Position numbers and translations under genes: made by a program
Shown here: piece by piece, positions 1 to 10,683 of the stretch
Layout: the number at the start of each line of letters is the position of its first letter
Numbering within the stretch: position 1 is the first letter of the stretch
Notes under the pieces: generated by a model
What the model was told of the DNA's origin: nothing
Databases searched by the model: none
The model's input: the letters and a program-made list of their open reading frames with translations, nothing else
Source: Paraglomus brasilianum
Taxonomy: Eukaryota
DNA length: 44,251 nt
Direction of reading: 5' to 3'
Assembly: GCA_910592345.1 (NCBI GenBank)
Contig: CAJVPI010000189.1
Location: forward strand, 1-44,251

Positions 1-412
1 ATTTACTCAGAAATCAGATGTATATTCTTTTGGTATCATTATGTATTTGATTGCTACTGGTGAACCACCTTTTAGAGGTAGGCAGTTCGGTAGAAATTTA
101 GTATGCGACATTATGAGCGGACCACGACCATCGATGCCTGATTCTACACCAGAGAAATACAAGGAACTTGCCGAGCGGTGTTGTGATGCTGATCCTGATA
201 AGCGTCCAGATGCAGAGGCACTTTATTTTGATATTGAAAGGCTTGTTAATGATGACATTTCTGATGACAACGCGTGGAATGCTGTTTATCATAATGATGT
301 AAAACCCTTATCACATCTCGAAAAGGAGAGTAAATATTCTAGTACGCTCTTACCTACTGGAGATCTGCCTAAACCAAGAAATAACCATGATATGATTCAG
401 CTGCAGGTATGA
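1..412 (+). CDS. C-terminal part of a tyrosine-kinase-like (TKL) Ser/Thr kinase, truncated by window start
   Basis: Frame reads FTQKSDVYSFGIIMYLIATGEPPF...RPSMPDSTPEKYKELAERCCDADPDKRP (kinase subdomains IX-XI) followed by an LPKPRN tail. CAG|GTATGA near 406-412 may be a donor, so the true end may lie slightly downstream. Confidence 0.9.
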   Translation, partial: FTQKSDVYSFGIIMYLIATGEPPFRGRQFGRNLVCDIMSGPRPSMPDSTPEKYKELAERCCDADPDKRPDAEALYFDIERLVNDDISDDNAWNAVYHNDVKPLSHLEKESKYSSTLLPTGDLPKPRNNHDMIQLQV

Positions 413-699
413 TTACATGTTGATACAAATGAAGTCAATTTACAATTTTAACGCCGTCCTTTCTTATAATTTAGACACTCAAACTCTTTATTGAATAAAT
501 TTGTAATTCACGGGTTATTTACAGTCATTATTATACGAGTTTTATTCAAAGGTTCGAATTATACGATGTATGTCAATATGGTCGAGTTAACAGATGCCGA
601 ATAAAATCGTGCACGTTTACTGTTAGCGATCATTTGACTATGTAAGAAAATAAATTGGTAATGAGTTTGATGCTAATCATTCCTGTAGAACTCGGTTCG

Positions 700-1880
700 A
701 AACATTTCAGCACCAGCCGGATGATGCATGCTTCCTGACATTGTTTTCATACTCAACCAAATTTTTTTCATGCAGTCGGCCAATGAAGCAAGATTATCTT
801 GCTCAACTCTTCACCGTGATTGCCTTCATTTGGACATTGGATAATGGTATTTAAACGTGATAGCCACTTCATAACTAGAATGCGATAAAAGCCAAGCCCA
901 CGTCTGTTCGAAATCTTCCGATTGAAGAAAATTTCTGACACTCCTGTAAGAACCAAAACCTTATTTCATTCCGCTGCTAATCGATGGTATTACGCGAGTG
1001 ATGAACCATCAATCCACACTCATATGCCTAAATAAAGACCTCGAAACCTCAATCCACACTCATAAAGATCTATCGCCACTCTTTCATGATATGCCTTAAC
1101 GCGTAACATGCAAGTTTAATGGTATCCAACAACACAAATAAAACCAAGTGTGTCATCTATACGTGCCAAGATCATATCAACCATGCAAAATGACGTTTGA
1201 TTTGCCTCATTCTCAATCTGTCTGAGCATATGTACTAGCCAATTGCGACAATAATATCTCGGATCGAAGAAGCATTCTTAGTATATCATCATCCGCTTGT
1301 GGTTCACCTGCAATCTTTTCTAGATCTGCTTTTTTCGTCTAAATAAAGTCGGATACATTCCATAGTATAGTAACGGCTGTAAGACTAATATTCAAATCAC
1401 CCATCCATTGCCCAAATAGATCAATTGTATTGATGTATACAACGCAAGAAAATCTGTACATATTAGTTGAAGGCAAGGAAAGGCACGCCGAGCACACACC
1501 TTCTTTCAACACTTGAGCGACTTCTCCGGTTATGCCCGAACCCTCCATGTGACCAGAACTAACGCACACACATTTAAAGCGAGTTTCGAATGGGGTGTTC
1601 TGTCTTTATAAAGCGAATTCTCGTGCTTTAAATCTGTAGAAAAAGAAGAGAATTAGCAAAGAACAAATAACCAAGACAAGCTCATAAAAATCGACGCAAG
1701 AATTACTGACGTGATGATCGCTCTATAAAGTAAGCGAGTGTCCTGACGTCCCGAAGCAATTTATTGAGAGTGTCCAAATTCATCTCCAGTACTTCTACGT
1801 AGTAGCCTTTAGCATTACTTGAAAGCTGCATTTCTGTCGGAATTATTTATCAAGACATTCGTATTTCCCAACCCAACTTT
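700..1880 (-). pseudogene. MON2: Decayed fragment of a MON2-like (ARF-GEF-related endosome/Golgi scaffold) gene
   Basis: Minus-strand pieces in the expected order: AFPCLQLICTDFLA, DLNISLTAVTILWNVSDFI*, ILLSQLAS..NEANQT, MVHHSRNTID*QRNEI..VLVLTGVSEIF. These match recalled Mon2 C-terminal motifs. In-frame stops and frameshifts are present, and one GTCAGT...TACAG intron is retained (~1637-1711). Boundaries approximate. Confidence 0.8.
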
Positions 1881-2374
1881 GCCATTGCATTGATCACACA
1901 CAAGCTTGGGTGTGAGTTATTATCAAATGAGATATCAGGCTAAGAGGTTTGCGCGCAGTCAAATGAATAGCGAGACGGAGCGCAATTTTTCGTGAATTCT
2001 CATCCGATTCTAAAGATTAATTCATAGTATTAGGTTTGCCGTTTAGAATTGCTGTTGCTGAATGAAATTCACAATGAGTAGTGATTATCAATGTCATGTG
2101 ATATATCGGTAATACTAAATTTCGCGTGACATGATGATTGAAAAAAAAAACTTGGCGACGTTAGAAAGCAAATCAAAATGGGCTTTGATTGGCGAAGGGT
2201 TAATTGCGTATACGTACTAAAAAGACTAGGAAGGCATATAGCCAAAGTTGGAGGTTGTGATAACCTTGAGGCAAGTCTGTTCTGCTTGCTTTCAGCATAA
2301 TATAATCGGTTTGGTTTAGATATGCATGCTGTGATCAATTTTCGCAAATACCTGGTTTTCTCTCCAATTGATAG

Positions 2375-3202
2375 ATGACAATGCCACGTATAAATAATGA
2401 AGAAGAGGGCGCAAAGATGAAACGGGGCAAGGGCAAATTCGAACCAGTATTTGTCCTATCCGGCTTTAAAACTAAAGCAGACGCTAAAGACTTTGTGAAA
2501 GTGATTGATGGTTCTCATGTTAGAGGCATATTCATAACTGAATACAATAAACTCAAAAAATGGGAAGATAAGATGTATTATAAAGGCGTCTTAAGGCGCA
2601 TAATCTCAGTAAAAGCGAACTTTATATCTAAACATTCCGACTCGGGATTATGGTGGAAGCAGGAGAACGATTGGATAGCCCATTGGTATACAACCGAGAA
2701 CGAACAGCTTGAAATGGCCTTGAGAGATGGCTGGAAGGTTGATGGGAGGGATATAGTTCGGCATAAAGTCTTGGAACTCAATTATGTACCTGCTACTAAA
2801 CGGCCGTCGAAACTTTCAAAGAGAACGTTTGATAACGTCAAGAAGGCCATATGGGAAGTTGGCGGCGGCGGCGATCAAGCAGTTGAGGATCGGGATCGGT
2901 GGGCAAAAAACGACGAATTTGGATATCGAGCAGAGATGAATAAGAGGAGGAAGGATGGCATGCTTGCGTTTGATTTTGGGCAAAGTGCGGATTTACCTAT
3001 TTCATTGCTAGCAACAGATCCAAAGACCAAGTATGCAGAAAAGAAAAAGGCTTTTAGAGAACGAATGAGAGCCATTCTCGAGTCAGAAAGTAATAACAAT
3101 GACGATCGTGAAGATGACGACTCTGATGATGACGGTGACGACTATGACTCTGATGACGACGATTACTATAGACGCAGACCACGATTCATGCCGAGCTCCT
3201 AA
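2375..3202 (+). CDS. Hypothetical intronless protein, 275 aa, basic body with Asp-rich acidic tail
   Basis: Long uninterrupted ATG-TAA ORF with higher GC than its flanks; ends NDDREDDDSDDDGDDYDSDDDDYYRRRPRF. No family recognised. Confidence 0.7.
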   Translation: MTMPRINNEEEGAKMKRGKGKFEPVFVLSGFKTKADAKDFVKVIDGSHVRGIFITEYNKLKKWEDKMYYKGVLRRIISVKANFISKHSDSGLWWKQENDWIAHWYTTENEQLEMALRDGWKVDGRDIVRHKVLELNYVPATKRPSKLSKRTFDNVKKAIWEVGGGGDQAVEDRDRWAKNDEFGYRAEMNKRRKDGMLAFDFGQSADLPISLLATDPKTKYAEKKKAFRERMRAILESESNNNDDREDDDSDDDGDDYDSDDDDYYRRRPRFMPSS

Positions 3203-3334
3203 CAACTCTTACAGAACAATCATTGATACTGAAGCATTATCGCGACATTGGATGGGTGTATATCAGAAAATTAGAGAGACGTATCGAAATCTTTTACGTT
3301 GTCACATATTTGCTTCCGAACGATGTTGTCGTTT

Positions 3335-3499
3335 GTTTTAGGAGCTCATACAATTATTGACAACTTACCTTCGCAACCGAGTATAAGGCTTGAATGGATT
3401 TCCTACTCGAAAGTCACCGACATAAAATCAAGCCAAATTGACACCAGTAATATCATAATTTTATTAATTAGAAAGAGATTAATGAATAAAATTATCTAA
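3335..3499 (+). pseudogene. Fragment of a kinase-like-domain gene (pre-kinase segment)
   Basis: IIDNLPSQPSIRLEWISYSKVTDIKSSQID resembles the LEWIPY..F.DI motif that precedes expanded kinase domains in Glomeromycotina. No continuation is visible. Confidence 0.55.
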
Positions 3500-6400
3500 A
3501 TGAAGTTCCGACTTTGTCAATTCGAAACCTGTCTACTACCCAATCTCACTATAGTCTACAATATTTCTCTCCGACATGATAGTCATTATTGTCAGTTCGT
3601 CTATCATGTGATGTGGATTCCTATAAAGCTTACTATTGCCAGCAATGATGCAAAATGGCGAAATGTATCATCAACAAGCATGTTAAGATCGCATCGTAGA
3701 CACATGACTTGTATAGAATTTTATTTAATGTAATAAACGAACAAGCTTATATGAAACAAATGGAGGCGTTGAACAGCCTGTTCCATTTTTTTCTCCACTA
3801 TAGTTCAACCTTTTGCTCCCCTCCACTACTGATTTTGCAACCGCTGAGATGGTTGTGAGGGCGCGATGCTAAACCATCCAGCATACGTTTCCGTGTTCAG
3901 GCACCGGATTGGCTACCGCGATCTCGCGTTGCCCCTAAGCCGGTTCTTTGAATGGTATTAACTATTTCTCTTTTACAAGAACTCGTCTTCGTTACAATAG
4001 TTGAACATCTTGTATTCAACAGTGATGCCCGGTGTTGCTAACAGCTTCCGTGGCCCTTTCGACGACCTCCCGCTCGGACGTTTTTGCTTCTTTGCATGTC
4101 TCTTGACTGAATTGAATGAATGTATTTCCTGAGCAGCTTGTAGGGACCTTTTTAGGCAATACTTAAATGATAAATAATAGACAGACTTTTTATTTATTAT
4201 ATTGTCTAGCAATAAACAATTGCACATTGGACAATAAGTTTTTGCATAGTAACCGTGTTTTTTCCTTAAAGAAAAACAAACTTACAACGCTATTTGTTTA
4301 ATTTTTACATTGGATCAAAATTGTGTGCACAATTAGATACACGCCTATCCCCTCCTCTGTTGCTAATTATTAAGAAATGTAAGTATTTGTGTCATAGTCT
4401 AGACCACAGCAGGCCGTTACAGGGCTGAGTAACCTGACTGGTAACTTTCGCGTGCTGTGCCACAAAGAGCTTTCAATTCACTGATCAATGCTTATTCGCC
4501 ACCCCGAAATCAATTCAATGGCTTTTTTTCGGCAACAAAAAAGAACACCACCGAATGTCTAGGGCGTCCTATTTACCACACCCAGAATCAATTCAACAGG
4601 TTTTTTCGGCAACGGAATTTAAGTATGAAGAGTCGCAGTTGAGTGGTTACACGTCTATGTAAATTACGTCATCGGGTTATACATAATTTATTAGTTTAAC
4701 GATTGACAATAATTAATAAATAATATATTAAACCTAAACTTTATTGAGATTTTTTGCTTCGTAAATTGTCGACCTTTTTTACATTATAAACCAGTTTTTA
4801 TTATTCATCACCTGGAAAAGGGGCTTTTATAACCAACATTACAATTACAATAGCTTTTTTTAAAATCACTATCCATCTGGATTACGTATTATAAACATGG
4901 TGTTGAACCATGACTTAAAATTTCTTCTTTATTTTTATCGGGCACTATAAGTTTTCAGTTGACAACTGATTAATTATTTATATAGATTTATCTATTTTTA
5001 TTAGTCTAACGAGCTTCATTTATCCCATTCATCCAGAACAAATGTTCCTTGCCAATGAATATGGCGAACCCATGAAGATTTTCCAGTTCTACAATATTGA
5101 TAATATTTATAACAATTGTGTGTTATACCAACAATATGAACTTCTTGAAATGAAATTTGGTTTATTATTATATTGTCTTTAGCTGAGTTTCTGAATTGTA
5201 ATAACCATCGTCTTATCTCACCGTCAATAACTAAAAGTTCGATGTTTATCCCAAGCTGATAAACACATATTAAAATATAATGTTTACTATGTTTAGCATT
5301 ATCATTATAAAGTCATTTACACTTATTATATATTTCTTACAGGCTCAAAGAAATTACCGTATACAAATTCAAATATTCTCTGAAGCTATTTGAATAATGA
5401 TTGATTGGGTTCACGACTTGACAATTTGAAAAGAACCGTTATTCAAACGTTTAGTACACCTTCCTTTACATATACGATGGTTTCAGACTCTTGTCTTTTT
5501 TTAACATCTTCGCAATTAGAACGTTCTCTACAATATCAGCATGCTTGTCTAGTTATTGCAATAAGGGATAGAGAGATATAGGATGCGCATAAACGCCTAA
5601 CAGAGTGATGTACGTAAGGAGTTATTTATTAGCTCGGATGTCTACTGTAATTATATCGTACAAGTGCTTAGTATCTATATCAATAATGCCGTTTAAAAAT
5701 TGCACAATATAAATAACGGACAACTTCATGATTGAATTATTCTTATTTTTATATATGTAAAAAATCCGGCCCGATTCGAAATTGGCACGTTGTCTAATTC
5801 GAACTGGGCCGGGTGAATCTCCACGGGCCAGAACACTTTAGTGTTACAATTGCCTATCATGTGTAACAAAAGGATTCTCCGATTTACTGCGCAATCTTTA
5901 TGTTATCCCAAATAAAGAAATCATACAGTGGGTCTCAATCACTATATCGAGTATGTCCTTGTACCGGGACTTAATTTTTATAACGACAACTAAGCAAAGT
6001 TCGCTATGTCAAAAATAATAATTTTCGATTTTGTATTGAATAAATACAATAGACAACTGTTATAACTCAAGCATCATTGCAGGAGCAAAAAAGCTACCAA
6101 TTTTCGTTTGTTTATTTCTTGCGATGCTCAGTTGTTTTTTTTTTTTTAAAAAAAATTAATCAACTCAGTTACAAAGAATAAACTTACTTTAAATTCGCTT
6201 TGTTGTTGATAAGTCTTTCATATCTTAGAGTGTCCGATGTGCTAATAATAACAACGTTTGAAATATTAATATATTCATCTACCTCATGTCACTCTCATCT
6301 CCACTCGTCGACTCATCTTCTCCCAATTTTGGCAAAAGGTCAATATCGGCATATCTTCCAACCGCACGAATAGAAAATAAAGAAATCTGCACTCAGGTTT

Positions 6401-6526
6401 GCTAATTCGGTTGTTTTCGAAGGAACGACTGTCATTACATGTCGGTATATGCCGATAATTTATTTGGATTTGTCCAATAAGCATTTGCCAAAAAAAAGAC
6501 GTTATATTATAACAAAAGTTTATAAT

Positions 6527-6691
6527 TAGTGAAACCCGTTAAACCGAAGTGGGTCGGGAATATAGGTGGGAAATGCTAAGAAATTCGGATTAACGGGTAA
6601 ATTTAATAAAGGTTTTAGAACTTACCTTCGATTTAGCGGGGTTTTACTTAGTTCTTCGGTTAAACGGGTTTCGGATTAACGGGGTTGACTG
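6527..6691. mobile_element. MITE, Tc1/mariner-pogo type
   Basis: Imperfect TIRs TAGTGAAACCCGTTAAACCGAA / TTCGGATTAACGGGGTTGACTG with internal CGG.TTAA.CGGG subrepeats. Confidence 0.7.
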
Positions 6692-9666
6692 TGTATAGAC
6701 TTATTGTTCTACGATTTCTGTCGGCATAACAAGACTGTCGTTATATGCAATATTGTTATATCGAAGCTCGTTTGTATTACGGAATTACTGTGACTTATTA
6801 AATTATCCCTCATCACATGTTGTCATAATGGGCTGTTGTTATGATGCAGTTAACGTATTTGGGTATTCGTATGCAATATATTAATTATATTGATTAATAT
6901 CAACTTTTTTATATTGATACCGTAGTTAATAACTCCGTTTGTTTGTTTATTGGGTGTTCATACGTCATCACAAGTTCTTACGTAAATAACAATGAGTCTA
7001 TTAGTATTCAACTTCCCGCATTTCTTATATCGACCATCCCAATCTTCAAATCTGCAGCAACAAGCTCCAGAACCTATTCCTTTGTTTTCTCTGGATGCGT
7101 TACCGCTACACCGCTGCTCATTCAATATTGCTTGCAACACAAACGCAAAATGAGTTTTTCCATTTATTTGCAAACAAAGCCAAAAATTTTTTTGGATAAT
7201 TTACAATGCAATGGTCATGTTATTTGGATGCAATTGTATATTTATAGTATACTCTCATTGTCAATCAGCTGATAACGCAGTATAAATAAGGTAATAAAAA
7301 CACAACGCATAACACGTCACAAAGCAATACACGTAAGGTCTGTAAATAAATGTCGGCATTCGGACCGGAGTTAGTATTTCTTTCTTAGATTAATGAACTC
7401 GGAAAACTTGTCTTTCTCGTTTAGTTTTCTGTTCGACAAAAAGATTTCATGTACAACTAATCGTTGATTTCGACACGGTTTTGTTGACATGAGTTTGAGT
7501 TGATAAAGACAAAGATGACTCGATTAATTAGAAGAAAGACTGGTCTGTGGCGTTCGATGGCGTTATATTGCATCTCACATAAAGTATCAAGCCAAGACTG
7601 ACGCTACTTTCACTACGCCTAGCGTACGTAAGCGCCGATTGCGGACTGCGCATGTTGGCAATTGATCGTGCCTGTTTAATTATGTGTAAATATCATAAAA
7701 TATGTAGACTTCGGCTGGTAAACTTTATTTTAATGTTTGCATTTATTAATTAATAAATGTCGAACAATTGGCGACTGTTTATTTTGTTTTGAGACACGTT
7801 AAACATACGCAGCAATACTGCGCCAATATTACGGTAATAGTAACACAGAATAACGTACTGTATGTACATCACAATGAAACGTAATCACCATATATGGCAG
7901 TTTATTAGAGGCATTTAATGTATGTCTATGATGTCAATAAGCATGTCGAAAACTTATAAATAAGCGCAAGATTCATGGAATTAAAGCTTACAATTTCCAC
8001 AGACCATAACACTTGCATCCATTCAATATCAGAACATACTGCTACAACATGACCGTTATGGAGTCATCGATTTATCTTCGCTACCAGTCGGAATGCTCAA
8101 ACGTAATAACACGTCACGTTCATGAATCGCTACGCTGGACATAGACATCCTTTTACTTGGGCCTCGCCGGGCCAAAAGAAATACGAGTCGTACTGCTAAC
8201 TACATGACTATCATCTACCCTCGGACGGTTACGGTCTTGCCAAGAGAGACGACTGTCCATCCGGAAGAACGGGAATGGACATCCCGAATCGCTGAAGGAC
8301 TAAATTTCGGATCCGGTCAGAAAATAAAATCGATTTTTGATTTATATGCACAAATATGACATTTGTTGAGCGGCACAGTTTTCCTATCCTTAATTTTATT
8401 ATCCACTGTATACCTTCCATTTTATGTATTTAATCACGATATGCCAGTTTCCTACAATCAATATGCTTTTCTTATCTTTATGTACTTATTTAAGTGTTTA
8501 TCCACTGCCCCTAGTCAAGATTTTAAGCTTTATCCACTTTAACACAGTCAATATGGTCTCTTCTCTCTATCTATCTTTTATGTGTTTAATTTTACGTTAT
8601 TCTCAATATGTCCCCTTCACACAATCAACATGGTTCCTTATTTTTTATGTGCTCGTTTTAAATTAAGCGTTTGTCCACTGCCCCCACCCCCTTTCGAGAA
8701 GTATAATTATGAGCAAACAAATAAGAAAATGGCTTTAATTGATTATATTAGACAGATAATTATAATAACTAATGTGTAAATATAAACGTGTAAATAATAG
8801 ATGTAAATAAATATGTTCCATTGACAGTACACTTGCCGAAAGTCTTCCAAATTGCTAATTTATTCCATAATGGGAACGTAAAGATGGTGCGGAATTGTGG
8901 AGTTGATATCATGAATACCAGTACCTCCTTTTGGCATATTGAATAAAAGGACGTAATTGAGTTTTATCTCATATGACCAAATACTATATCGCTCACTGAA
9001 GGTTTTTATGATATCGATATCGAATCCTGTAGCCAACTTGGGATAATGACCAGATAGAGTATACCGACTTCATGAATTCTGCACTATCGCCATTATGGGA
9101 TACATACCCCGATGTGTATGCGTACAATTGTGATCACTGTGTTTATTCCTATTTGGGTCAGAACAAACGCTTTTTCAGGGGAAATTATAATTTGTTTAAG
9201 TTTGCATTCCTTTATTAGTTACACCTACATACGATTGAACGCTAAAGGTGTACTTGCACTAAAAAGGCAGTTTTGTTAACTCGATGAATGAACGGATTGG
9301 CTGTTTTACATGCATGTTATACAGTAAGGTAAAGTGTCGCTTGCATAAAACCGTATACGTGTGTAACATAGATACGTTCCTGATTAATTATAACTACACA
9401 GTCACTCGATATAATGATCCCCATAAGATGATGTTGGTTTTTTCTGGAATCAAGTCAGTTATAATAAAATTGGGCTCGATATAGTGAGAACAAATAAACT
9501 TGCAATATAACATCATAATGATGTTATATTGCGAGTTATATAGAACCAAGATTAGGAAAACGATCTCGATTAACAGAAGTGTGTAATTATCACTATAATT
9601 TGGTAATCAATTTATCGAGCATACTAATACCATTATTATTATTGTTATATTGTTATTATTAAAATA

Positions 9667-10100
9667 CACAGTAAAGTCCGCTTTAACGAAGAGCTCCGTT
9701 CCGCCAAAAAACTTCGTTAATGCGGACTGTTCGTTAAAGCGGACTTCTACCTATATAATGAACTTTCATTATAGTCATGTGATATTCGTTACAGTGTATT
9801 GTTTAAATCTCTATATACAGTAATACTACGCAGTGAAATTCACTCTCGTCGCTTTATAACAAAATTTTTTCCAGAACAGATTCATACATTTCATATAAAA
9901 TGACAGTTCACTTAAGCGAACTTTCAGGTTAACGAAGCAAAATCGTGGAACGAATGTTAAAGTGAATTTCACTGTGTATAACGAATTTCGTTATGCACCA
10001 AAATTTCGGTATATCATGGTTTATCTTATAGCGGGTTTGAAATTTCTTCGCTATATCGTTATACAGATTTTAATTATAAATCTTCGTTAAACCGGGCGCT
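9667..10100. mobile_element. Nested pogo/Tigger-like MITEs; inner element 9829-9976
   Basis: Outer element starts TA-CACAGTAAAGTCCGCTTTAACGAA with TTCGTTAA..CGG subrepeats; its right end is unclear. The inner element has a perfect 14-bp TIR core CAGTGAAATTCACT/AGTGAATTTCACTG. The block is absent from the paralogous 37 kb segment. Confidence 0.75.
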
Positions 10101-10468
10101 AAGCATATTAATATATGAATGAATCGGTTCCATGAAAAAGCTTAGTACCGTGTAATTTATAAACATGGGTTGGTGATAATATGATAATCTCGACGGGTTG
10201 CTTATTAATGATCAAATTTAATTGTAGGAGAGTAGTACTATAGCGTGTGGTTGTAAGTTTATGTATAAGCCCTGACTAAATGTTAATTAAGGATTACAGT
10301 GATGCGAGGGAATTAACAATTTGCGTCAATAGTTCGTAGAAATTAAAAGAATATAACTTCATTACTGCCAACGTTAATATAACTGCCATAGAGACCATAT
10401 TTATTCATAATTTGTGCGATTATTATCATAGAAGCATATTAAAATTCTTATGTAACATAGCGTATAAT

Positions 10469-10616
10469 ATTAGATTTGCTTAAGGCGAAGAAGCAATCGC
10501 GCTATCTCAATATCCGTCAATTTTTCCTCTTGATTGTTACACTTGAGAGAATATCGCCTTTGTGGTTGTTTATTCGCACGAGCCGCAAGTGAACTTACTT
10601 GGCTCGCGAAACTAGG
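10469..10616 (-). pseudogene. Orphaned terminal exon of the small-gene family (5'-truncated copy)
   Basis: Minus strand encodes ..KCNNQEEKLTDIEIARLLLRLKQI* and carries the family 3' flank. Exon 1 is missing; the effector gene's 3' end lies immediately upstream. Confidence 0.85.
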
Positions 10617-10683
10617 ATTATTTGTTTTCACTTGGAAAAAAATCCCACTGCTTTAATCCTATGTATAGATTTTCACTTCGTCA

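Larger units (their letters stand above)
7185..10616. repeat. Segmental duplication copy A, collinear with ~34405-38070
   Basis: Shared blocks in the same order, e.g. TTTTGGATAA..TACAATGCAA, ATGAACTCGGAAAACTTGTCTTTCTCGTTT, AATAAGCATGTCGAAAACTTATAAATA, AGACATCCTTTTACT, ATTAAGCGTTTGTCCACTGCCCC, TCAGAACAAACG..TTCAGGGGAAAT, CATAGAGACCATATTTATTCATAATTTGTGCG. Confidence 0.9.

Noticed and set aside
3973..4227. 84-aa minus-strand ORF with a basic stretch
   Set aside because: Non-ATG start and no recognisable family; may be a pseudogene fragment but unsupported.
8398..8540. DnaA-box-like TTATCCAC motifs as a bacterial origin
   Set aside because: They do not match the full TTATCCACA consensus, and the context is eukaryotic nuclear DNA.
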